A stretch of 54,819 nt of DNA, the filler included, from Catajapyx aquilonaris (Eukaryota), in the NCBI GenBank assembly GCA_000934665.2. It is 2 parts of 2 records of this genome, joined end to end, with 100 filler letters (N's around TTAATTAATTAA, not from the genome) between each part and the next. Parts side by side here need not be neighbours in the genome. Positions count along the whole stretch, not along the records: positions 1 to 27,367 come from JYFJ02005066.1; 1 more part is not named here. The stretch is one strand, 5' to 3'. How positions within the stretch are numbered: the first letter of the stretch is position 1; every line of letters starts with the position of its first letter. The position numbers and the translations under genes are program-made. Under the pieces are notes generated by a model that was not told the DNA's origin, made no database searches, and saw only the letters and a list, made by a program, of their open reading frames with translations. Below, in pieces: positions 1-12,422 of the stretch.

Positions 1-504
1 GTTGCCAAAGCATCCTGGTCGCGCGAACTGGGCTCACTTCGCGAGGGCATAAACAGGCCTTGGGAAAGTCAGCAAAAGGTTCGACCTCGAGAGAGAGGGG
101 GGGGGAGAGAGGGGGGGATTAATGTTTCCTCCAAGAAGTGGGAATACTGGGAAAACACTGCGTGAATGAGGAAAATGTGTGTGCGCGCGTGTGATCTCTC
201 CCATCTGCTACTCACCTATTCTCACCGGCCTGTTCCCGCCCGTATCCCTGTACCGACAGTGCGGGGCAATATAATAGGCTAATTCCCGTCTTTCTTTCTT
301 TTAAATAAGCAACTCATGAAGCTGCTGTGTGCAATCAATCAGCGCACTTTTTCTTATGCGAAAATCTCAATTCTTGACAGTCTTTGAAATTTTGTAAAAA
401 TAGCAAAAGGGCCATTTTTGTAATAAATACAGTACCATGCATTTCCTCTTCAGCACTGTTAGTCATCCCATCAGACAGTGTCTATTTAGATAACTCTGTT
501 CATG

Positions 505-1045
505 GATCATTCTGGGACTGATTAGGGCCTATATTTGGCCCCATTGAGTACTTTCAAGGCGCACATGCGTTCCTTCAAATGCAATTATTTTCCTTAAATC
601 AAAAAAGTCCTCCTGAGATTTTTTTCTATGTGAGGGAAAGGGTCTGAGCTACAACATTATTTAAAAATCGGATTTTTAAATTAGGCGGATTTTTTTTAAA
701 AAAAATTTGAAATTTTGAAAATGGGACAAAATTTTCAAAAAAGTCAAAATACAAATTTTCAATCCTTAGTGAGATTGGGCTCTCGAATCTCTTCAAAGGG
801 AGCGGTCTACGACGTCTGTAGCTCAATTGGTTCACGAGATATGACCGATTTCTGAAACCCTACCTTCCGAAAATGACGTTTTTTTCGGTGGGCCTATCTC
901 CGGGGAGGGGGGGTAAATCTCAAAACCGCGCAAATGGTATTTTTGAAAGACGTAATTAAAGCGATTCGCCGATTTTCGTCAAAATCTGACAACCCAAGGG
1001 TCAATTTTCCTTAAAAGCTCGGTGAATTGACATGGAATGACCCCA
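505..1045. mobile_element. Non-autonomous DNA transposon fragment (family uncertain) in an ABCC intron
   Basis: Direct repeat CTGTTCATG at 496-504 and 1046-1054; ends (T)GGATCATTC ... GAATGACCCCA are imperfect inverted repeats; AT-rich internal sequence typical of such elements. Confidence 0.5.
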
Positions 1046-1237
1046 CTGTTCATGAGGGGACATTAGTCAAACTGAAGAGAGAACTTACAGAAAAATTAGA
1101 CATCCAATATGTTTGCAGTTAGTGCTGGTGCTTGTCCTTGTGGAACAATAACTTTAGCTAGGGGCCACGTATGAAGGTGGAATACATTCAAGGTGTTTGT
1201 AATGCTCCTGTTGATGCAAATTTCATGTTACTTCTAG

Positions 1238-2010
<773 letters not shown>

Positions 2011-2607
2011 AGCCTTTTGTGTCGATCTTTTATGAGTTTTGGCATGCTCATATGCTCTGAGTATGATTTTTTTGAAAATGTTCCACTTCTCAAAATCAGT
2101 TGCATTGTTTGGTAGGAGTTATTGCATAGTGTGTGTTGAAAAATTTATGTGCACAAGTACACAAAGTATTATGATAGGAATTTGCACAGGAGAATGCTTT
2201 TAAACATTATTTTCATTATATCAGTACAGGTGCTACAAAACTGCTCTCTAACACATACACATGTACACACGCCCAAAACTGGATGTTACTGCCACTGGCA
2301 GTCATACCGGTATAGCCTACCGCTTGTAACAACAGTCCTGCATGATTACGTTCCAGAGCCTGCCACAGCTGCATGGCAGACATTTCCATCCTTATGAACT
2401 CTTATTAGCATCTGGACAGGTTTCATACTTTGAAATTAAATCTATCTCTTTAAAAATTAGGTAATTTGACCTACCTGGTTGATGCACACAGGCTTCAATT
2501 ATGACATATGGTTTTGGTGCACTTAAGTGGGATGTTATTGACATGTTTATCCTGTTAACGTTTATGATATGGTGGATCATGTACTTAATTGTACTGAGTA
2601 GTAGAAG

Positions 2608-2670
2608 AATAAATACACATCTACATGAAGATGTATAAATGGACTGAACAATTACTGTTATTGAAATAAA
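2608..2670 (+). terminator. Candidate polyadenylation signals of the ABCC gene
   Basis: AATAAA at 2608-2613 and 2665-2670, about 600 nt after the stop codon. Confidence 0.45.
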
Positions 2671-2946
2671 AACAATGCATTCCATGCTGATTATTTTGAA
2701 AACTGTGACGAAATCAACAGTGGCCTCTCATTGTATAATAATAATTATTGATTTGCACACTGCAGGAATTTCAGCGTATTGTCGTGCAGTATATTCAGAA
2801 TAAAATTTTTACGAGTTGTAGAGAAAGTGGATGTTTCAAGAGATTGGCAGCTTTGACTTGTAGGTACAGTTGCCTTCATAAGTATCTTTCCACACCTGAA
2901 ATAGTTTCTTCCACTTTTTACATGCAGCCCACATGTAGAACAGGTA

Positions 2947-3020
2947 CTATCGGGTTCAAATACTTTTGGCCACTTTATCCTGGTCTTGAAGCAACCCTTC
3001 ACACAGACCCCATGTTAAGG

Positions 3021-3057
<37 letters not shown>

Positions 3058-3108
3058 GGGTTGCTTCAAGACCAGGATAAAGTGGCCAAAAGTATTTGAA
3101 CCCAATAG
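2947..3108. repeat. 59-bp near-perfect inverted repeat enclosing a (GT)n microsatellite
   Basis: Arm 2947-3005 is the reverse complement of arm 3050-3108 with one mismatch; the (GT)n tract lies at about 3023-3055. Confidence 0.9.
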
Positions 3109-3582
3109 CGCATTCTTGTGCAGAAATAAGGGTTGAGAAGGCATTGACAGGGGAGGGCAGAGCAGAGCAGGTGATGGGGGGCGGGGGGTTCAAATTTGTG
3201 TTTGCGAACTTTATGAATGCCCCTCGTATTTCAACATGAAGTGCAATTATACCAGGCACTCACTTGTCAGTGTCACATGAGGTTGGCTACATCAGATGTC
3301 AAGACATGCTCGAGACATGAGCAAGACCAGTGCAACATTACTAGCACGAATGTCAGGATACGCTGCATGAATAAGATCAGGTGCAGGTAGAAGGAAAGTC
3401 ATAGGACCACTATAATCATAGGACCACAAATAATTTTATTGTTCAAGTGTCCATACCAATTATGTAATTATATACTACTTGCACTTTTAAATTTGGTATA
3501 TCTAGATAATCTACTATCTATCAATGGTGAAATTTAATACACTGTGTTATCACTAAGAAGAAGGGGTCATGTCCCTCATCTT

Positions 3583-5828
3583 CTACTCAGCGGGCAGAGT
3601 AGGGTCTGGCACACGCAGCTTAAAGTCCTCAGGTAGCTCATCCTCTGAGTGGACCCTGTCGGAGAAATACACCCTGCGGATGCGGCAGTTAGCATGAATC
3701 TTGACTCGCACGGTCTCGATGAACTTTGTTCCAAAGGCTCGCTTAGTCAGGTCTCGAAGGTTGATCTGGATATGGTTCCAGCCTTCGACCAAGTGTAGTG
3801 GCAGGATGCAGATAAATGGCTGCACCGTGGTTCGTAAGTGGTAGTTACAAACTTGGATGAGCCTGTACAAGTTCTTGTCATCCTGGACCTATGGAGAGTG
3901 GGGTCATAGATATGACTAGTGATAATAAACACTGCCTATCTTGAAAAAATTGGTTAGTGTTTGCTATCATTCGGGGAAGTTACATCAAATGCAATTTATT
4001 GTTTTATGTAACAATACCTCATTGCCATGGCAGCGCAATTCCAGACCAAAGAGTTCTGCTATAATGTACAGGGTGAATCTGATCCCCACCGACAGCCATG
4101 TACCAATGGCATAATGGGCACCAGGGGATCAATTAATGTAGAGGAGTCATCATGTCTAGGCCACCTCATTACGGAGATGAACGATCATTTGCGAAGTAGC
4201 GATTGCGCTTAAGCGTTATTGTCAAATAGCCGTGCATCTAGGGGGGACTGCATTCTCAGAGCCCTTAGTGACTAACCCAATCGCAGTTTACTTGTCGCCC
4301 AATGACAGTAGCTGCTACTGTGCCCTGCGATGCGATTGGTGGCTGAAGGTTTACATACCTGCCAGGATACTTTGTACTACATGTTTGAAGGCAATTATCC
4401 CCGTATAATGAGGCAGCCTAGACATGATGACTCCTCTACATTAATTGATCCCATGGTGCCCATTATGCCATTGGTACATGGCTGTCAGTGGGGATCGGAT
4501 TCACCCTGTATATAATTATATATACCTAGAGAGAGTGGCAACCCTGTTCCCCTTGCGCAAGGAAACGGGGTTGTGGCTTCTGCACAAGAAGGGAGATCCA
4601 GACAGAAGTGGGGCTTGTTCATGTCAAGTTTGGACCCGATTGTGCTTAGCTTTTGAACTACCCTGTCACCGTCACCAGTATACTGGTGACGGTGACAGGG
4701 TAGTTCAAAAGGACCGCATCCTGGTGCACAGCCCTAAGCCATGCCATCGAAGTTAGAACAGCACTTTTGGTTGAAGATAGAGGTGGCGAGATGCCATGAC
4801 AATGCCCAGTACTACCACGACTTGGAACACCATATGAGACCAGCGATACGACGCAAGCGACCAAATTTCCTGAACACCAGCCCCATGACCAGCCCTATCG
4901 CGTTGCCATGTCGCAGCTGCAGTGACAGAATTATTGCACGTTGGCAATGGGAAACACTTCAGCACCCTCCTTACTCTCCAGACATGACCCCTTGCGATTT
5001 TGATTATTAATTTTTGTTCACAAAAATGAAGGAACCAGTGCAAGAAACGTATCCAGAAAGCAATAGTACACGCTTTAGGGCGAGTGATTGCAGGTACCAA
5101 CAAACATCACTCTGCTGACGTGCCATTACTGCGACAGGCGAGGATCCGTTGTGAAAATTCACAATTTAATGCATTCAACCACAATAATAATGGAATGCAG
5201 GAATGCTACGGCACCACTTGTATGAAAGACAATGTTCTGATACTAGTAAACTGAAATAGGCTACAGGTTTTTTTTGTTGTTGTATTACCCCATGATAGGG
5301 TCATGGGCCCTTATTGGGGGGAAGGGGAGATTCCCAAGGGAGGTCACTCTTAATCGGCTACAGGTTTCACTGCTGTGTCTAGAACTGAAGCAATTCTCCT
5401 GGCAGAAATATTTCTGACCAAATTACGCACCAGGACCTCAAACATGAAGTAAATGTTGAGGTTCTTGACTATCAGGCCCAAGATGGGCAGCTCGAGTCCG
5501 AGGATGTCACGGGGGTCTGGCGGGGATGTGATGAAGGTGGTGTAGACGCTGGGGCCCACCACTTCTAGCACCAGAGACTGTAGGTCTTTGTCGGTCATGA
5601 ACCTGATCTGCCCAGCGCACATCTGCAGGGATCGTAAGAACGGGATTTTAGTCTTGGTAAAAACTACACTCTATTGAAGCTGATATTGCATTGCCTTCTT
5701 CCACTAAGCTCGACCCGCCCTTCAATCTGTCCTGCTCTCACCTGCTTTTCCCAGAGATTGAGTGCCTTCCTGCCCACGGGGTACAGCATGGACAGGAATC
5801 CAGGTTTGTTGTACATGTTCCTGAGCAT
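3583..5828 (-). CDS. CFAP20/BUG22-like protein (divergent paralogue), 3 exons, 194 aa
   Basis: Exons 5828-5742, 5622-5431 and 3888-3583 are joined by phase-0 GT-AG introns. Protein [16 protein letters not shown]...QSLVLEVVG...GWNHIQINL...[28 protein letters not shown] matches CFAP20 motifs along its whole length. Minus-strand AATAAA at 3440-3435. Confidence 0.92.
4069..4508. mobile_element. Tc1/mariner-type MITE in CFAP20-like intron 2
   Basis: TA|CAGGGTGAATC ... GATTCACCCTG|TA with terminal inverted repeats of about 95-110 bp and a TA target duplication. Confidence 0.85.
4741..5040 (+). mobile_element. Internally deleted mariner transposase relic
   Basis: Reads [17 protein letters not shown] (mariner-like N-terminus) fused to RPAIRRKRP...[18 protein letters not shown] (the mariner YSPDLAPxD motif); an [12 protein letters not shown] sequence follows after a frame disruption. 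Confidence 0.85.
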
Positions 5829-6107
5829 GGCTGGAGTTCCTCTGGACTGGACGACTTCCAAGAAAGGCGTCTGATGGTGCGGTACCTTCCTCTCGAGCTG
5901 TGTTTTGCCCCTTACGTTCGTCTATTCACTTGGTGGGGTTGGGGAGGTCTACTAGAGTTCTGGAAAAGACTACGACGTACACCCTGTGGTCTACAGACTG
6001 AGCTTTCCACACTGTTATTGTAAACATTTGCACAGATCTCCTTGGAAACCACACGGCGACAATATTCGATACGAACCACCCACCTGTGTTTATTAATTAA
6101 CTGCCAT

Positions 6108-6358
6108 GCGACACGGTGGCCGAGTGGTTAGCGCCGTAGCCTTCCACCTCTAAGGTCCCGAGTTCGATCCCCGGGTCGGACGGAGGATACTTATGTGGAT
6201 AGAGTTTCGATGGGTTCTCTCCGTGTTCGCGTGGGTTTTCTCGGGGTTCTCCCGTTTCCTCCCACTATCAAAATCCATCACATTACAGGCAAATGATTAA
6301 AGTCGGTTATTCAAAAGATGATCCCCTAAGAGGCCCAAGGGGCCTATCACGGGGTATC

Positions 6359-6410
<52 letters not shown>

Positions 6411-6425
6411 ATTATTATATTATTA
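6108..6425 (+). mobile_element. Young tRNA-derived SINE with V-domain-like core and (ATT)n tail
   Basis: A box TGGCCGAGTGG at 6117-6127, B box GAGTTCGATCC at 6160-6170, (ATT)n tail from about 6360, and an 18-bp TSD TTATTAATTAACTGCCAT at 6090-6107 and 6426-6443. Confidence 0.9.
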
Positions 6426-6719
6426 TTATTAATTAACTGCCATAAATGAGCAGCCTTCAGAAGAGCCTTGGAAATCCTCTGTACACGGACTGTATTGCAT
6501 TACAGATAATTGCAATTAAAAGCGGAAGAGCGAAAGAAATCGGTCGTATTAAATATGTATAAGGTGACTAAGGTCCTTGAGTTACAATGGCAACAATGAC
6601 TTTCAACACAGTAATCCAATGGTTGAAAGGCTGTGGTGACTTCAGTCCACTGTCAGGCCATGTTTGTACATTACAAGTACTGTACAGTACCCTTCATAAA
6701 GAATGGTATGACTCTATAT

Positions 6720-6973
6720 CAGTGGTTCCCAACCTTTTTCGAGTCGTGAACCCCTTTTATGAGAGTCAAGTAACCTGCGAGCCCCCCNNNNCCCCCCCCC
6801 CCCCTCCTCGAGGATTAGTAGAAGATTAGTGTAGTGTGGGCATACACTGTATTAAAATTTGTTTTAAAAAACCTTTGTGGTGAAATCTCATATAAAATTT
6901 ATTGCAAGTAAAAATAACTGAGGCCACCATGCGACCCTCAAGGAGGTTGTGACCCACAGGTTTGGAACCACTG
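6720..6973. mobile_element. hAT (Charlie-like) MITE
   Basis: CAGTGGTTCC...GGAACCACTG termini with a perfect 8-bp TSD CTCTATAT. Confidence 0.85.
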
Positions 6974-7713
6974 CTCTATATGACGAAATGTTTAGCCTGT
7001 TCTCAACCCTTGGGTCGCCAGCATGTTTTTAGGGGTCATGAGGAAGTCCAGGAAAAGGGAATCGGAATAAAATAAAAAAGCGAAGAAAAAAACAAAGCAA
7101 AGTAGGAAAATTTTAGGGGGAAATTCACATCAAATATGTAAGCATTGCACCTGGTTGAACATTTTGGCAATTAAATTTTTTTTTAATGGGGATGGGTCGT
7201 ACGAGTCACCAGAGGTCCAGAAAAGGTTGTCCATAGGATTTCATCAAAATAAGGTTTGGAATAATGCTGGATCATCAGGATGAACATTTCGTCCATAGAG
7301 TCGTTCCATTCTTTATGAACAAGACTGTACACTACCTTCTACTGATATCTTCCAGGATTTCTGAGAATCCTTTATCTTTTTATTACCAATAGTCACCATA
7401 CTTTGCTCATGATAATACAGTACCTGGTGGCAAAGGGTGTGGCTGGAAAAATCTTCAAGGATGTACTGGAAACATTGCCATGGGAAAAAAGTGGACTGCC
7501 CTATTCAAACACACACTGCTGGGTACTCCCTCAGACCTTATTCTCCAAAATGTGAAGCAACACCCTTGGGGTCAGTTCAGTGGTAGAGACCAAAATGTCA
7601 AGTCACCTGAAAAGGTGATCTTGGACAAATGGAAGTTTTCATTCTTCCATTTCAGTTTGGACAAGTTTCCGAGAAGATGGACCTCTTAGACTCTCTCTGT
7701 GACTTAGAGAAAT

Positions 7714-7715
7714 AT

Positions 7716-7770
<55 letters not shown>

Positions 7771-7810
7771 TTTTGTTTACCCCGTGATAGAGCAGTGCTT
7801 TCTTGGGGGC
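7714..7810 (-). mobile_element. 3' fragment of a SINE/LINE with (AAAT)n tail
   Basis: Reverse complement reads CCCCCAAG...CTATCACGGGGTAAAC(AAAT)n, the same 3' end as the SINE at 6108. Confidence 0.6.
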
Positions 7811-7954
7811 ATACTTAGAGAAATAAAAATATATATTGGTCTTATGACTTGTGTTTCAGCTTCATGTCATGAACTTATCTTGTATGATGTCTCTCATACT
7901 GTGTGTATCAGAACTTGGCTACCAATCATATAATGGAAATGTCAAACACTCCTC

Positions 7955-8125
7955 TAACAATAATGGATAACAATCATCACAGCCTTACACCTCGGAAGTC
8001 CCAAGTTCAATCCCAGGGTTCGACAGAACACACTCTCTCATGTGCGTCTTTCGAGAAGCTCTCTCTCGGTGTTGAAATGGGTCTTCTTGGCATTCTACCA
8101 TTTCCTCCCACAGTCCAAAAACTTC
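7955..8125 (+). mobile_element. Degenerate tRNA-derived SINE with V-domain-like core
   Basis: B-box-like AAGTTCAATCCC followed by ...TTTCCTCCCACAGTCCAAAA, colinear with the 6108 element. Confidence 0.55.
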
Positions 8126-8204
8126 TCTTCCCCTCTCACCCTCCCTTATGCCAGATAGCCTTAGTTGTTTGGCTCCCCAGTCAACCAACCATATTGATAT
8201 ATAG

Positions 8205-8468
8205 CAGTGCTACCCCGAACTTAATATTTGGGGTCACGAGAATGGGTAACAAATTATTTTCACAAAATGATTCTAACTCTCTTGAAAATTATGCCCATAA
8301 GGTAAGTTACAGAACAATTCAGATATTCAACAATATTTATCAGTTATTTTCATTTCACTGTTTACCTGTATTCTCATGTTGAGGGATCAAAATGTGCACA
8401 TATAGGGGGTCACAAATTTTACGGGACAATTTTTTGGGGTCGCCAATGAAAAAGATTGGGAGGCACTG
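8205..8468. mobile_element. hAT-type MITE
   Basis: CAGTGC...GCACTG termini; 8-bp TSD ATATATAG/ATCTATAG (7 of 8 match). Confidence 0.7.
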
Positions 8469-8849
8469 ATCTATAGGACACAAATTGTATTTTTGTAAAT
8501 CTACAACACACTGTAATGTACCCTTTGCTGTTCAGACATGAACTATCTGGGGGTACCCTTCCGTAACAGGAGACCCCCTCACGTTTACCTATCCTAGGTG
8601 TATATCTGCTGAAGGATAGGCATGAATCTGCTGAAGGATAGGTGTGTATTCACCAGGAAGGAAGGTTAGGTCATGCAGTAGGTTGGTGCAGCCATGCCCC
8701 TATCCCTGCCACATTCAGTCTGCCATTATGAAATCCTATCGGGCCCTATACAACCATCATCATCAGGTAAAGTCTATGGAAACCAAAGACACTCGAGTTC
8801 TGACAGCTGTATAATGCCATATGGCTGTCTTGCATTTTTTTGACATATA

Positions 8850-9075
8850 CAGCTGAATCCAGATATAACAGCCTCTTGGCTATAACGAACTTTCGGTTAT
8901 AACAGACTCAAAAGGCTGGTCCCGGCAAACTTCTAGCAGGCCCTGTGTATTTAGACTCCTGATATAATAGCTACGCTATTTTTTAACCTCGCTAACAGAC
9001 CATTTCTTGGCCTCTCAGCAGGAAAATATGCTGCTTTTGATTACTCAGCTTCCTTTCCCATGCGAGGAAGGGACT
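8850..9075 (+). mobile_element. Tigger/pogo-like non-autonomous element fragment
   Basis: Starts TA|CAGCTGAATCCAGATATAACAG; homologous sequence recurs at about 48745-48920 and, inverted, at about 54490-54691. Confidence 0.65.
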
Positions 9076-9956
9076 GCATACTGGAGATGGGGTCATTTTC
9101 CTACCCGTCACTTATATCCTCCTGAGACCTGGTGTTGTCATATGTCACCTGGTGAAGTACATTTAGGCCTGATGATTCATAGTGAGCCAGAAATACAGGC
9201 TTTTCAGTCTTCACTAGCATTAAGCAGGTGCAGTCAAATCTTTGCATTCCATTATGTCAAAATATTTTTTTGACTTAATGGATTTCTCCTGTATGCCCAT
9301 AATAGGTTGCATTTTTTCTATTTTGTAGGCAAGTAAGTGAGTATACTGGATATTCAGGAAGGATTTTTAGCCTTTGATGTTCCCCTCAAATATTGGATGC
9401 ATTGTTGCTCCGTCCCCAGTATTGCGGAGAGGAGGATTTTCGCAATCATTGTCCAGGATAGCTCTTTAACAGGTCAAGCTTGGAAACATTGGGCAGCAGG
9501 GAGAGGAATGTGGTAGAGGAGGAGCAGTTTGTTTGAAACAGAAAATCAGGGAATAGAGCAATTATCAGAGCTGGGTGGAAAACACCTTCGCTCCTCTCCA
9601 GACCATGTTCGCAACATGGAACAAGTAGAGAGACTAAGAACACCCCCATTGAGACAAACCTTTTGCAGACTATGTAAATGGTAGAGACTATTAAAAAGCT
9701 TGCAAGAATTGATACTGCAATACCAAAAATCTGAAGCTGACCCCAAAAGTAAGGCACATATCTGGTTAAATCCTGTTTATTGAACAAACCAAACAGGAAT
9801 GAACTATACTCTTCCATTGGACATTACAAAATCCTCTTGTTTGCTGAATGAATCAATGAGAAAAGCATAATCCTCTCCTGCTGGGCATTACAAAAGCGCA
9901 CTGATGTATTCTATTTAGACTATTTGAATTGTGCGCAGGCTTAAGAGCCTTCAGTC

Positions 9957-10173
9957 TTAACTTCCAGAATATCGCCTTGGGAAGTCAGATTTAGGGCTGC
10001 TTGAGGTGATCGGCATGGCCCGTGGCTCCCCGTCCACCAAGACGTAAGGCCCAGTGTAGTAGCGGAAGAAGATGGACCCACCCCTCTTTAGCTGATTGAT
10101 GTTAGCCAGGTGGGTGTAGCAGCTGGTAGACGAGGGGAAGCTCATCATGTAAGGAGGACGGCTTACAGCCAGG
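9957..10173 (-). CDS. Orphan putative terminal coding exon, product unknown
   Basis: Strong acceptor TCTTTTCCTATTGCAG precedes an open frame LAVSRPPYMMSFPSSTSCYTHLANINQLKRGGSIFFRYYTGPYVLVDGEPRAMPITSSSPKSDFPRRYSGS* with many G/C-ending codons. No family recognised and no upstream exon identified. Confidence 0.4.
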
Positions 10174-10323
10174 CTGCAATAGGAAAAGACAACATTATTT
10201 CTTGCAAGAAAAGAATACCTCTATGTTTTTGGCATTTAGTGTTCACCACTAACAATAAGTGTTTACAATCTACAGGATGCAGTAAAAGCAAGGCAACCTT
10301 GATGAATTAAATAAAAGCTTTAA

Positions 10324-10633
10324 GGGGGGCATGGTAGCCTAGTGGCTTATGCTACTGGCTAGCCAAGCGGGAGGGCCGGGGTTCAAATCCCATCCCTGTC
10401 CCCTCTGCTTGGTCGGGTCTTTTTCCGCTTTTCACCCGACATGTCCGGGCAGACTCTCACTCCCTACTCTGCCCAGGGCCAGGAGAAAAGGTCTGATGCT
10501 CTGAGGGTCTGCAATGACTAGAAACTATTTAAGAGTGCCCTCCCTTGGGAACCTCCCCTTCCCCACACGCCCATGGAGCAGGGCGTTGCGACGAAAACAT
10601 AAGTGTGTATGGGAAAATAAATAAATAAATAAA
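10324..10633 (+). mobile_element. tRNA-derived SINE with (AAAT)n tail
   Basis: A box TAGCCTAGTGG at 10335-10345, B box GGTTCAAATCC at 10380-10390, (AAAT)n tail at 10615-10633; no clear TSD. Confidence 0.75.
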
Positions 10634-10961
10634 GGTCCGTGCAATACCAAGAAGGTCAGTACTACCCAATATTATTACTATTATATTATTATTAATAAAG
10701 GCTTTAATATAAGTGTTCAAGTAATTGACCTTTGAGATTCCACATAGAAGGCAGGATGATACCTGCAATACAAATGCCTGTATGTGCCATTGACCGTCAT
10801 CTTGCATTTTTAAGCACGCATCTTAAATGATGCAAAGAAAAAAAAGAGTAGGCTATGTTTCTATTTTTGTCCACATTTCTCATTAGTCTCTCAAACTTCA
10901 TAGGTTTTAAGTTAATTAATCAGAGCGACATTTATCCTCCTGCTCACCACAAGAACTTCTA

Positions 10962-11476
10962 CCGTATTACCTCTCATATTGCGGCATGCCGGTGTCGGTG
11001 AGGTCGACCAGTTTTTTAAAATGCTTGATCTGGTGGCTATACCGGCATGCCGGTATAAGGCGAGGTTTTCACATATGTTACATTATCCTTTCTGAACTGG
11101 ACATTTGCCTGAAAAGCAAAATTCACGTAAAGGCTATCAAAAAGGCTCATTTTCTGGCAATAATCTCTCTTTAAACAGTATGTTGGAGCAGGGGACCCTG
11201 TCAAAGCAGGCTGACGATGGGATTGGTCACACAATCTACCTTTTTTATATGCACTGTGCAACAGAAGTTGCATATTCTCACAGCCTGTACACTCGCCCAT
11301 TTTCAATGTAACATTATTTTCGTATGGTACCAGATGCATTACAAAATATTTGGCAAGGATCAAAATTACGGAAATCTACCTCGATTATTGCAACATGCCG
11401 GCCACCCCCGGGTTATACCAGCATGCTGGTCGACCTCGTTTTATACCGGTGTGCCGCAATATGAGAGGTAATACGG
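10962..11476. mobile_element. Tc1/mariner-type MITE
   Basis: TA|CCGTATTACCTCTCATATTGCGGCA ... TGCCGCAATATGAGAGGTAATACGG|TA; about 50-bp TIRs with a TA TSD. Confidence 0.88.
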
Positions 11477-12422
11477 TACTTATTCACACATTTCCACATT
11501 CTGTGCCCATGCCTGAACTGTTGGTTCCGATATTTTATTCATTCCATGTTTGATGCTTTGCCGTGATCAACAGCCACAATCCTTAAGTAAACTTTGGCCA
11601 TCACTTTCCCTTCATTGGCCAAGGCATGCCAACTCCAGTTTCTTACAAGCCATGATTGTACCAGGAAGTGTCACCTTTACTCTCAACACATTACTTCTGC
11701 AAGCCTGTTTATTTTCATGTGCATAGCTTCCTTGCTTCATGCCCCTCATACCTCAAGGGGAAGAATACCTTGGGTGACCAAGGATGCAAAGTCCAGTTAA
11801 TTTTAAAATCCAGATTTCTTAGTTGGGATCTAAGTATGCAAAAACTGAGTTACACTTTTCATCTAATATTATTAGGAACACACTCACAAAATATTATTAC
11901 ATGTACAATATGAGCTGAAACTGATCATGGAAAATATCCTCTAATCATATCCAGAAGTTTCTGCCCAGAAAAATGGCCTCATGATATAAAGAAACAGTCA
12001 ACGTATGCACTATCTCCCCTTCCCCCACATCCCACGTGCAACCATACACGAAGCCAGTACAAAATCATGACTTTGGAATTTGAGTTGGTATGTGCACAGC
12101 TGGAAACCCCATTATAATCCAGGAGCGGATGTGACAATGACTCAGCCTGGCTCAAATGAACAAAGATCATCCTGTCCCAGGCACCAGAGCGAGATAAGAG
12201 CGTAAAAAATACATGAACACGTCAGAGAAAACATCTCAAGCTGCAGAGCAATGCGCAGGGGCGGCCACGCAGACAACAGGAATTCTCCAGTTCGACACGT
12301 ATGCTCAACAAGTGCTCTTGGCCCCAGCAGTTCTGGTGGGCTACTGATAGTAAGTTATAGTGATTTTTCCAATTTATTTAATGCTTAACATTTACTTGTA
12401 GCACGGTGGTTTTTGACATGTA

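Noticed and set aside
6108..6180. tRNA genes here and at 10324, 24866 and 26131
   Set aside because: A and B boxes are present, but there is no convincing cloverleaf and each continues into a SINE body and tail, two of them with TSDs.
7340..7470. Small minus-strand exon candidates (for example a 42-nt segment ending CCACCAG|GTACTG)
   Set aside because: Splice-like signals only, with no recognisable protein similarity or verifiable link to neighbouring exons.
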